From Phycisphaerae bacterium (GTDB taxonomy: Bacteria > Planctomycetota > Phycisphaerae > UBA1845 > JANYLN01): a DNA stretch of 55,737 nucleotides. Location of the stretch: contig JAWLBS010000002.1 in the NCBI GenBank assembly GCA_041687575.1, positions 1-55,737 of the forward strand, in the 5' to 3' direction. Within the stretch, counting starts at the first letter, position 1. Each line of letters opens with the position of its first letter. A program made the position numbers and the translations under genes. Below the pieces are notes generated by a model. That model made no database searches. It was not told the DNA's origin and saw only the letters and a program-made list of their open reading frames with translations. Of the stretch, positions 28,619 through 36,733 are shown piece by piece.

Positions 28619-28785
28619 TTGCCCTCGCCCATCGGGGCTTCGATGATCGCCAGCCCGGGCTCTACCTCCACATCGGCGGCCTGCTCTGTCGCGGCCTGGA
28701 TAGGCCGGGGTTGGTAGCCGGACCAGATCTCGGTGAAGGCCGTACGATCCGCAAAGGTCAGTGGCGCCAGTCGCGTCATCAACAC
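28619..28785 (-). pseudogene. cas3: cas3 (type I-E) fragment covering ~56 aa up to helicase motif I
   Basis: FADRTAFTEIWSGYQPRPIQAATEQAADVEVEPGLAIIEAPMGEGK parallels the E. coli Cas3 segment I recall as GYQPRQLQ…APGLTVIEAPTGSGKTE. Homology stops right after GK, 35 nt from the tadD stop. Confidence 0.6.
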
Positions 28786-28939
28786 AGTGTGCCCACAGGG
28801 GGTGGGCGGGTTCGACTTCGCTCACGTCGCAGCAGCCTGACTGCCCAAGCCGACACGATTCATTCGCGTTCCTCGGAGATGAGAGTCGTAGTGTACGACC
28901 AATCTGCAGACTTTGCCGAACAGCTCGATCATCCCTGCG

Positions 28940-29484
28940 TCAGCGAGGCCCGCTGACGCAGTTCGACGGCGAGAGCGTCCGGTTGTGACCGTCGCCCGTC
29001 TCCCGTGCGATGGCGGCGGGAAGCTCATCAGCCAGGGCCGCCCCGACCGAAGCCAGAGGGATTTCGCGTCGCAGCAACTCGACCTGGCGGGCCCCGTCGA
29101 CAGTCCGCACGTCCAACCGGACCTTGGGGGCGGCACCATCGGATGGGCCAAGGACTTCAGAACTGCCCTCGACGAGGAAGGGCACCGTACGGTCGACAGC
29201 GTCGGAACCTGTCAGTTCCAGTTCCCGGCGGATGGCACGGGCCTCTTCCATCTCAATGACAGCGGTACCGGCAAGCGGGGACAATGCGTTGCCGGCAAGC
29301 CACATGAACGCCCCTGGTACCGGTCGTATTCATGCGTGAAGTTCCGGCAGGCGAACGGCGAGATGCCCGACTGCTGCAGCACGGGCGACGACAGCACCGC
29401 CCAACGGTTGTACGGCTTGGCGGCTGGACCACCTGCAAGCGAGCGGCCGTGTGCCGCCATCGGCATCAGCCCAGCCAGTATCAC
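28940..29484 (-). pseudogene. Decayed fourth copy of the giant-paralog N-terminal module (internal deletion + frameshift + truncation)
   Basis: One frame gives KPYNRWAVLSSPVLQQSGISP|FACRNFTHEYDRYQG. After a 1-nt shift near 29305, the next frame gives LSPLAGTAVIEMEEARAIRRELE … VPFLVEGSSEV. Compare copy A: YTRWAILSSPELQESG … VCRNFTHDYDRYQAGF … PGVAVIETEQARSIRRENE … LPLFVEGEYEI. Confidence 0.6.
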
Positions 29485-29641
29485 GCAGCAGACGGTCCGG
29501 TGGTCGAAAGCATCGGGCACTCCTTGTGCGGCTGCAAAACGGTTGCGGCAACCACCAGGCCGCGTCACGCTTCGGCAGATCGCTCCGCCAGCGAACGTGC
29601 GGGACCTCGACCGGCGGTTGCCGCGCGACTTGCCGCTGCCG

Positions 29642-30715
29642 TTATTGGCTGTCAGCAGTGGTGTCCTTGGGTTTGTCCGGTAGCGTGTCGGCCAGGTGCT
29701 CGAGCAGGCGGATCCCGAGCGTGCGGCCAGTCTTCTGCAGGGCGGTCTTGCCGGCGATGTTTTCGGCCAGGTCGACCGCGCGGAGCGTCGCCTTGTCGGC
29801 GAAGACGGTCTTGCCGTCGGCCGGGCGGACCGCGCGGAGCTCGGTGCGGGCGGCGCAGGAGACCAGGTTGCCGATGCGGGCGGCGTATTCGCTGAAGGCC
29901 TCGCCGACGATGGCCAGATCGACACCAGGCAGCGGCTTGCCGCGACCACTGCTGGTGGCTGCACTCCAGCCGGCCAGGTCCTGCTCGGCGACATCGACGA
30001 CTTTGAACCCGCACGCCAGCAGCATGTTCTTCAGCTCGGTCTGCACGGCCGGGTCGATGGGCCTGGTGGGCATGGGGGTGATGTGCCGCTCGGTGACGAC
30101 GATCGCGACGGTCGGCAGCTGCTTGCCCGCCAGGCGCTGTTTGAGCTGGGGCAGCGGATCGGGGGTGATGTCGTCGCGGGCGACCAGCTTGTTGCCGCGG
30201 GTCATCAGCCGCTCGGAGACCTTCTCGACCAGGTCCATCATCATATCGCCGATGTCGCCGCCGGCGCCGCCCTTGACGAGCACGCCCTCGACCAGGCTGG
30301 TCTCGGTGCCGATGAGCTTGGCGGTGACGAACATCTTGTCGCCGAGCGGGAAGGCCTTGCCTGTGATGATCACCTTCGCCCCGACGAGCTTGCCGATCTG
30401 GATGGACTGCTCGGTGCTGACGGCGCCGGTCAGGGTGAGCTCCTGCTCGGTAAGCAGCCGGTCGAGAGAGGCGCGGTCGACCAGGGTGAACTCGCCCAGG
30501 CCGGACAGCGCGGCCGTCAGCAGCTCGGCGATCTGCCTGCCGAGCTCGGGATTGCCCGCCGAGGCGGCGTCGAAGTCCAGCACCGCCACAGGGATGCCCG
30601 TAACGGGCGGGGCGACGGGCTGACTGGCTGCACCGGGCGTCTGCGCGGTTGCGGCGGCATTCAGGCCGAACTGCATGACGACTGCGACCAAAGTTGCGAT
30701 GGCGGCACGTTTCAT
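29642..30715 (-). CDS. Exported two-domain protein with a CsgG/LpoB/FlgO-like pattern
   Basis: Signal peptide MKRAAIATLVAVVMQFGLNAAATAQ. Core pattern IPVAVLDFDAAS … LGRQIAELLTAALSGLGEFTLVDRASLDRLLTEQEL … IGKLVGAKVIITGK, with a second similar alpha/beta domain. Start overlaps the upstream stop (ATGA). Confidence 0.6.
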   Translation of the reverse strand: MKRAAIATLVAVVMQFGLNAAATAQTPGAASQPVAPPVTGIPVAVLDFDAASAGNPELGRQIAELLTAALSGLGEFTLVDRASLDRLLTEQELTLTGAVSTEQSIQIGKLVGAKVIITGKAFPLGDKMFVTAKLIGTETSLVEGVLVKGGAGGDIGDMMMDLVEKVSERLMTRGNKLVARDDITPDPLPQLKQRLAGKQLPTVAIVVTERHITPMPTRPIDPAVQTELKNMLLACGFKVVDVAEQDLAGWSAATSSGRGKPLPGVDLAIVGEAFSEYAARIGNLVSCAARTELRAVRPADGKTVFADKATLRAVDLAENIAGKTALQKTGRTLGIRLLEHLADTLPDKPKDTTADSQ

Positions 30716-31743
30716 CTGGCACCTCCCGGCAGCGCGATGACGGATGGCGCTGCCTTTTTCTGCGGAACGGGTTCAGGCCGGCGCTGGCTCGGTGGCGGCG
30801 TCGGCTCGGGTCGGGTAACAAGGTAATCCAAAGAGTTGCGCAGGAACAGCTGGCTGCGCGGGTCGTCCGTCCAGTCGCCAAAGGGCATCTGGCACAGCAC
30901 CAGCCGGCCCTTGCCGTCGCTGCGAACAACGAGCAGGGCGTCGGTGGGCACGGGCTCTTCGCCCGGGGTCTCGCGGGGCCAGCCGGCGACCACGAGGGCG
31001 GCTTCGTCGGCCGGCAGCTGCAGCGCCCAGAGGTTATCCTGCCCGAGCAGGAAGCTGCGCAGGGCCTGCCGGTCGAACTGGTGCAGCAGCGGGTGCTCGA
31101 GGTCGTACTCGATCCGCTGGGGCACCGGCCGGGCCAGCAGCGGGTAGCCCGCCAGCCGGTCGCGAACCTGCTGCTGGAACACCATCACGCTGCCGCCGCC
31201 GGTCACCTGGCCGAGCAGCGCGGCTTGCGCGAACGTCCGGTCGCTGATCCGGCCGGGGCCGACCAGGACAATCTCGGCCCTGGCGAACGCCAGCTGGTCG
31301 CCCTGTTGCACCCGGGTAAAGGCGATGCCGGCCTGCTCAAGGGCGGCGGGCAGGCCGTCGGAACTGTCCCAGACGACGAGCCGGCGGCCGGCCAGCCGCT
31401 GCTTCACGCCGGCCAGCAGGTCTTGCGGGTACGCATGGATCGTCTGGCTGCCGCGAGCGATCTCGCGGTCGTTGGCGAGCAGGCGCCAGTCCCACTGAAA
31501 CGCCGTGGGCACGCGAACCTCAGGCAGCGTGATGCGGATCGTGCTGGGCGGGTTGGCCGGATCGACCGCGACTACGCCGCTGGCCACGCCGATAGTCCCG
31601 AACGACAGGTCCCACGCCAACGCAGCCCGCGGCAGGTCGGCGTCGATCGCCCAGCGGGCATCGATCGTGCCGGTGCGGCCGCCGAACCAGTAGCCCTGGT
31701 TGCTGAGCACGAGGACCAGGATGGCACCGGCGGCGGTCATCAT
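30712..31743 (-). CDS. Membrane-anchored protein of unknown function (343 aa)
   Basis: N-terminal TM segment AAGAILVLVLS. Coupled by ATGA overlaps on both sides. No family recognised. Confidence 0.6.
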   Translation of the reverse strand: MMTAAGAILVLVLSNQGYWFGGRTGTIDARWAIDADLPRAALAWDLSFGTIGVASGVVAVDPANPPSTIRITLPEVRVPTAFQWDWRLLANDREIARGSQTIHAYPQDLLAGVKQRLAGRRLVVWDSSDGLPAALEQAGIAFTRVQQGDQLAFARAEIVLVGPGRISDRTFAQAALLGQVTGGGSVMVFQQQVRDRLAGYPLLARPVPQRIEYDLEHPLLHQFDRQALRSFLLGQDNLWALQLPADEAALVVAGWPRETPGEEPVPTDALLVVRSDGKGRLVLCQMPFGDWTDDPRSQLFLRNSLDYLVTRPEPTPPPSQRRPEPVPQKKAAPSVIALPGGAR

Positions 31744-32666
31744 TTCGGCTCCGCAGAAGAGGCCCGACTGAAGGCGATCTTGATCTGGTATTCGCCCGCC
31801 GAGGTGACCATCTGCCCGGCATTGAGCACGTCGCCCGGTCGGGCCTGCAGGCTGGTCGCGATCGCCGCGAGGGCCTCGCTGGGCTGGTTGAGCTTGAGCA
31901 GCTCCGCCCAGAGGCTCAGACGCGGGTTGTCCCCGGCCGTGGTGCCGATGTGGTAGCGCAGGTTGTGGCCGCTTGTGATGGGGACGGTCAGTTCGGCAGT
32001 CTGGCCGGCCACGACGACGAGATCGGCGTTGGAGACGATCGCGTCATTTTTCAGGACGGTCAGGCGAAGCAGCAGCAGCCGTGTCCGCATGGTCAGCGGG
32101 GCGGGAGCCAGCCCGACGTCGGAGGTGTGTTCGCCCGTGAGCATCCAGCTCGCCCGCTCGTCGAACGAGGCCGAGACCTGGTCGAAGGCCCGGACCTGCT
32201 GAGCAATCTCCTGGTCGGTGAACCGCAGGTTGGCGGAACTGGGGTTGGTCGGCGTTTCGGTCGTCATGCCCGAGACCGTTGCGACAGGGCGGCTGCCGGC
32301 GGATCGGGCGTACAGGCCCCAGCCGATCGCTGCCAGCGCCACCGAGGCGGCCAGGGCGGCGATCCGCAGAAACGGCAGGATGCGCGGACGCGGTTGCCAT
32401 GCGGCAGTCTGCGCGGCCGTCTCTTCCAGGTAGTCGGCAAGCCGGTGCTGGAAGGCGTCCCAGCCGAGTGCGGGCTCGGCCGATTCACTGGGCATGCCGA
32501 TCGTGGCGCGGAGGCGGTCGTAGTCGGCCAGTGCCTTGCGGCAGGCGGGGCAGTCGGCGGCGTGGGCGAGGATCCGGGCAAACCGGTCGCGCTGCCCCTG
32601 GTCCCAGTCCGTTTCCAGGAGGGCGGTCTGAATCGCGTCGCAGGTGAGGGGTTCGTGCGGCATCAT
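31740..32666 (-). CDS. Anti-sigma factor, zf-HC2 type with a TM segment and a ~190-aa extracytoplasmic domain
   Basis: H-x3-C-x2-C motif HAADCPAC, and TM segment ILPFLRIAALAASVALAAIGWGLY. The start ATG overlaps the sigma stop. Confidence 0.75.
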   Translation of the reverse strand: MMPHEPLTCDAIQTALLETDWDQGQRDRFARILAHAADCPACRKALADYDRLRATIGMPSESAEPALGWDAFQHRLADYLEETAAQTAAWQPRPRILPFLRIAALAASVALAAIGWGLYARSAGSRPVATVSGMTTETPTNPSSANLRFTDQEIAQQVRAFDQVSASFDERASWMLTGEHTSDVGLAPAPLTMRTRLLLLRLTVLKNDAIVSNADLVVVAGQTAELTVPITSGHNLRYHIGTTAGDNPRLSLWAELLKLNQPSEALAAIATSLQARPGDVLNAGQMVTSAGEYQIKIAFSRASSAEPK

Positions 32667-33184
32667 GCTTCCACCTGTACATCGATCAACAGCTCTCGCA
32701 GCCGGCTCAGCCCTTCGTGCAGGCGGCGCGAGACTTCCGAAGCACTGCAACCGAGAAGGTCGGCGACCTCGTTGCCCTTCAGGCCGTTCATGGTCCGCAG
32801 CACGACGACGAGGCGGACCGGTTCGGCCAGTTGCGTGAGGGCCTCCTCGACGACGGGCCGCAGGAGGGGCTCAGGACCGCCGTGGTGCATTTCGGCCTGC
32901 TGCCGGCAATCGGCGTGGACCTTCTGTTCGGTCTTGCGCCGCCGGGCGATCCGCAGGCTCTCGTTGACGACCACGCGGGCGATCCACGGCCGCAGAGCCC
33001 CGGCGTCGCGGATACTGTCGCGCTGCTGCCACGCCTTGAGCAGGGCCTGCTGGCAAACATCCTCTGCGGCGTGGGCGTCGCGCAGGACCCCGTACGCCAG
33101 GCGGAAGAACAGCCGGCTGTGCCGGGCGATCTGCTCGGCCAACAGCGACTTCCAGTAGATGTCGGGCGCCTCGCGTCCGTTCAC
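32663..33184 (-). CDS. ECF-type RNA polymerase sigma factor
   Basis: Region 2 LAYGVLRDAHAAEDVCQQALLKAW … PWIARVVVNESL, and region 4 GLKGNEVADLLGCSASEVSRRLHEGLSRLR. GTG start after AGGGAG. Confidence 0.85.
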   Translation of the reverse strand: MNGREAPDIYWKSLLAEQIARHSRLFFRLAYGVLRDAHAAEDVCQQALLKAWQQRDSIRDAGALRPWIARVVVNESLRIARRRKTEQKVHADCRQQAEMHHGGPEPLLRPVVEEALTQLAEPVRLVVVLRTMNGLKGNEVADLLGCSASEVSRRLHEGLSRLRELLIDVQVEA

Positions 33185-33508
33185 CGACAGACTCCCTCAC
33201 GTTGTTGCTACCTACAGGATGCACGAGCGGGGGGGATTTTTCCAGGGAATGGGCGGGATGGTGCTGCGGCAGGAGGGCGACGGTGGTTGTCGGCCGTCAG
33301 AGGGCGGGGCATATCTGTGGGACGAGACCGTCGTCGGCTGCCACCTGTGACCCGGCAGAATTCCTGTATTGTTTCCCGCAAATCCGCTATGCTTTGCGCA
33401 TCCGGATGGGTAGACAAGGTCGTGCCGGGAGCGCTCTGCGCGGGCAGGGCCCCGGGCAATCCGACACGTTTGTGATGATTTGCATCTCCAGAGTTCCGGG
33501 AGTCGCGC

Positions 33509-36500
33509 ATGCGCTTGATGTTGCTCACTACGATCGCCGCGGCAATGGCTGTCTTGTATCTGCCCGGTCCGGCCAGCGCCGGCGAACCGTACACCCGCTG
33601 GGCGATTCTGTCGTCGCCCGAGCTGCAGGAGTCCGGCCTGGCGGACCTGGTGACGGCCGAACTGTCGCAGGTGAAGGGGGTGCAGCTCGTCGAGCGCGAC
33701 CAGTTGGCGGCGGCGATGAAGGAGCTGGAGCTGGATGCCGTGCTGGGCGAGGCGGATGTGCGAGCGCGGCTGCGACTGGGGCGGCTGGTCAAGGCGGATG
33801 CGCTGATCGTCCTGACGACGGTCGCGGTGGCCCCGGAGGCATTGACCGAACAGCCGATAACTCCAGATGCGTCGGCGCTGACCGAGCCGGCCCGGCAGGC
33901 GGATCCCCTGGTGAGCACCGGGCAGGGCCGTCGCCGGCCATCGCGGTCCAGAACGTTCATCAAGATCGTGATCGCGGACTGCCAGCAGGGGGCCCGGCTG
34001 AGCATCGACTTTATCGCGCGCGAGCCGTCGCAGGAGGCCGACGCATCGCGTCGGGTGGTCCAGGCGGTCGAGCGGGCCCAGAGGCGGTTCCCCTCGGGCA
34101 TCGAGAAGGTGATCGGCCTGTCGCACTTTGTCTGCCGCAACTTCACGCATGACTATGACCGGTACCAGGCCGGCTTCGCCTACCTGCTGGAGAGCGGACT
34201 TTCGCGCATGCCGGGGGTGGCGGTCATCGAGACGGAGCAGGCCCGGTCGATCCGGCGCGAGAACGAGATGGCTGGCGACGACGGCGTCGCGCGGGTGCTG
34301 CCGCTGTTCGTCGAGGGCGAATACGAGATCGCCCGAACCGATGGCAGCGGCACAGAAGTTGTGACCATCGAGGTCCGCGTCCGTGACGGGGCCGGCCGGC
34401 AGCGGACGATCCGGCGGCAGGCCCTGGCAATGGCGGCGGCCGCCTCGTTCCTGGCATCGGAGTTGCCGGGGCAGGTCCTGGATTCGGCGGGGGCGTCGAG
34501 TCAGCCGTTTACGCCCGCCCAGCAGTTCGAGGCACTGGTGGCCAGGGCGGAGGCCTTCGCCCTGCTCGGCTCGTTCGAGGAAGCGGCGTGTCTGCGGGAG
34601 GCCGCTCTGCTGTTGGACCCGGACGCGTCGGACCAGCGGATCAAGGCGGTCGAGGAGTACACGCACACCGTCTGGGCGCCGCTGCCGGACGAGGTGAGCA
34701 AGTGGTGGGTCAATGAAAAGGCGTACCAGTCCGCCTGTGCGCATCGCATGGGGTACTGGCGGCTGGCGCTGGAGCACCTGGAGCGGGTGGTGGTGAACCA
34801 GAAGCTGGATCAACTGGTCGCTTTGCGCCTGGCCCGCAACCTGCTGTCCGAGTATCGGCACGCGGCGAAGGAGCAGTACGCCAGGTACGAGGATCTGCCA
34901 GCCATCGAGCAGGTGCGCCGGGCATTCCTGCTGAAGGTCTATCCCCGGATCCTGGACCTGCCTGTCCCGCAAATGGGGAAGGTAAAGCCCGCATATGCCA
35001 GGTACTTGCTCTATGGCTCGTGGAATGCGTTTCTTTTCGATGCTGCGTTCGCACCCTTTGCCGGAGAGCCTCTGGATATCTCGCGAGACGGCGACTTTAT
35101 GCTGCAGATTCTGAGAACGACGCGGCCGGACATTGGCCCCCCAAGCAGGAGTTGCATGATCTGCCTTGACAGGATCTCAGGGGCAGCCGTCGCCAGGGAG
35201 GATGCGCGGGCGGGATGGCTCGATTTCATTGACAAGCTGGCCAACTCGCAGGTGCCTCAGCGTGACCTGCTTGTCCGCTACTGTCGTCTCGTATACAAAA
35301 CCGCGTACTTCCACTCGCATCCGGATTCGGTCGATGCTGGTGCCTTGGCCGATGCTGATGCCCTGGTTGCCGATGGGAAGGCCTATCTGGACACTATTGA
35401 GGTCAGTTCTCATGCGCTCTTTATTACGAAAGTGGAAGGCTTGCGGGATATGCTGCAACGTTCTGTGAAACTCCAGGTGGGAGCAGAATCCGCAGCCTCT
35501 CAGCCTCCAGTGGAACCCGCCGCCACCCAGGCGTCTGATGGACTGGTCAGCCGGTTACGCTTCGTGCCGGTGGAGCTGAGGGTTCGTGAAGGGGACAGAC
35601 CGGATCCTCTCAACCAGCCCCTCCAGGAGATGTTCGACCACGTCTGGCGCTGCACGGATTCGCTCGACGTCTTCACCTCGCAGAGACGCGCCTACCTGAT
35701 GCGGACCCGGGGCCTGCTCGAGCCGCTCGCCCCGGATGAGGAGTACCGCGCCATGGATGTGAAGTGGGACGGGCGGTTCATCTGGATCGCCGTGCGGGAA
35801 AAGGGGCTCTGGGTGTTCCGCTCCGACGGGCGGCGACTGGCGCAGATCGGCGAGGCACAGGGGTTGCCGCCGATTGAACGCGATCGCGCTATCCCCGTGC
35901 GCCTGCACCCCCTCTCCCCGGGCCGGGTCCTGGCGATCGGCAATTACGGGCTGCACCGGCGGACGTGGTGCGCGGCGATTACGCTTGATAACGACGAGGC
36001 GGCCGTCAGCTTGATCTACACCGCCAAACGGGTCTTGCAGGAGCGGGAGGACCGCGAACCGTTCAGCCGAAGCCTCGATGTGATCTTCGTCCCGACCTGG
36101 CTGCTGCAGTGCCCGGACCCGCAGGACCCATCGCGGCAGGTCCTGCTTGTCGGCAGGCCGATCTTCCAAGACCCGCGCCGCCGGCAGGGGCCTGCCCTGC
36201 AAATCGATCTGCAGACGCTGAAGGTGTCCCTGACAGACTATGACGCACCATACGATGGTTTCTCGGCCGGGGGCGGGGTCTGGAGGATCTTCTCGTGGCA
36301 CCAGCCAAAACGCAGTGTGTTGTCCCAATGGCGCGGGCCGGGGAATGCCAACGAGCAGGACAAGATCTGGCGGACCCTAACGGAACTGCCGAACACCGAA
36401 TGCGCGCCGCCGTACTTCACCAACCAAACATTGCTTTGCGGAGACTGGCTGGTATGGAAGCGGGTCGCGTGGTCCCGTGTGAATATCAAGACAGGCCAGT

Positions 36501-36733
36501 TCGAGTGGCTGAATAAAGGGCTGTTGCCCGAGGATCGCCGCTTCTCCCATAACGGCATCTCCGGCCACTACGGCATTCTCTGCTGGGGCAGCTCGGTGTC
36601 GCAACCAGTGTACCAGGTCTTCGTCGAGGATTCGCCGACCATCCCGCTCGACGCGTGGGCGAACTTCGACCCGGATCTGGCTGTTCCCAGGCCAGTGCGT
36701 CGGAACCAGAACAAGCGAGAGGCCGACAAATGA
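33509..36733 (+). CDS. Giant exported modular protein, paralog A (1074 aa, one module)
   Basis: Signal peptide MRLMLLTTIAAAMAVLYLPGPASA. N-domain has RWAILSSP, LVERDQLAAAMKELEL and GRLVKADALIVL. It is followed by a helical TPR-like middle and a propeller-like C-terminal third (WDGRFIWIAVREKGLWVFRSDG…GLPP). Confidence 0.8.
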   Translation: MRLMLLTTIAAAMAVLYLPGPASAGEPYTRWAILSSPELQESGLADLVTAELSQVKGVQLVERDQLAAAMKELELDAVLGEADVRARLRLGRLVKADALIVLTTVAVAPEALTEQPITPDASALTEPARQADPLVSTGQGRRRPSRSRTFIKIVIADCQQGARLSIDFIAREPSQEADASRRVVQAVERAQRRFPSGIEKVIGLSHFVCRNFTHDYDRYQAGFAYLLESGLSRMPGVAVIETEQARSIRRENEMAGDDGVARVLPLFVEGEYEIARTDGSGTEVVTIEVRVRDGAGRQRTIRRQALAMAAAASFLASELPGQVLDSAGASSQPFTPAQQFEALVARAEAFALLGSFEEAACLREAALLLDPDASDQRIKAVEEYTHTVWAPLPDEVSKWWVNEKAYQSACAHRMGYWRLALEHLERVVVNQKLDQLVALRLARNLLSEYRHAAKEQYARYEDLPAIEQVRRAFLLKVYPRILDLPVPQMGKVKPAYARYLLYGSWNAFLFDAAFAPFAGEPLDISRDGDFMLQILRTTRPDIGPPSRSCMICLDRISGAAVAREDARAGWLDFIDKLANSQVPQRDLLVRYCRLVYKTAYFHSHPDSVDAGALADADALVADGKAYLDTIEVSSHALFITKVEGLRDMLQRSVKLQVGAESAASQPPVEPAATQASDGLVSRLRFVPVELRVREGDRPDPLNQPLQEMFDHVWRCTDSLDVFTSQRRAYLMRTRGLLEPLAPDEEYRAMDVKWDGRFIWIAVREKGLWVFRSDGRRLAQIGEAQGLPPIERDRAIPVRLHPLSPGRVLAIGNYGLHRRTWCAAITLDNDEAAVSLIYTAKRVLQEREDREPFSRSLDVIFVPTWLLQCPDPQDPSRQVLLVGRPIFQDPRRRQGPALQIDLQTLKVSLTDYDAPYDGFSAGGGVWRIFSWHQPKRSVLSQWRGPGNANEQDKIWRTLTELPNTECAPPYFTNQTLLCGDWLVWKRVAWSRVNIKTGQFEWLNKGLLPEDRRFSHNGISGHYGILCWGSSVSQPVYQVFVEDSPTIPLDAWANFDPDLAVPRPVRRNQNKREADK

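Noticed and set aside
33185-33508. ECF-type (GGAAC-N16/17-CGT) or sigma70 promoters in the divergent intergenic region
   Set aside because: The candidates (GGAAAA…CGTGC on the minus strand; TTGTTT…TATGCT on the plus strand) have the wrong spacing. None is convincing enough to annotate.
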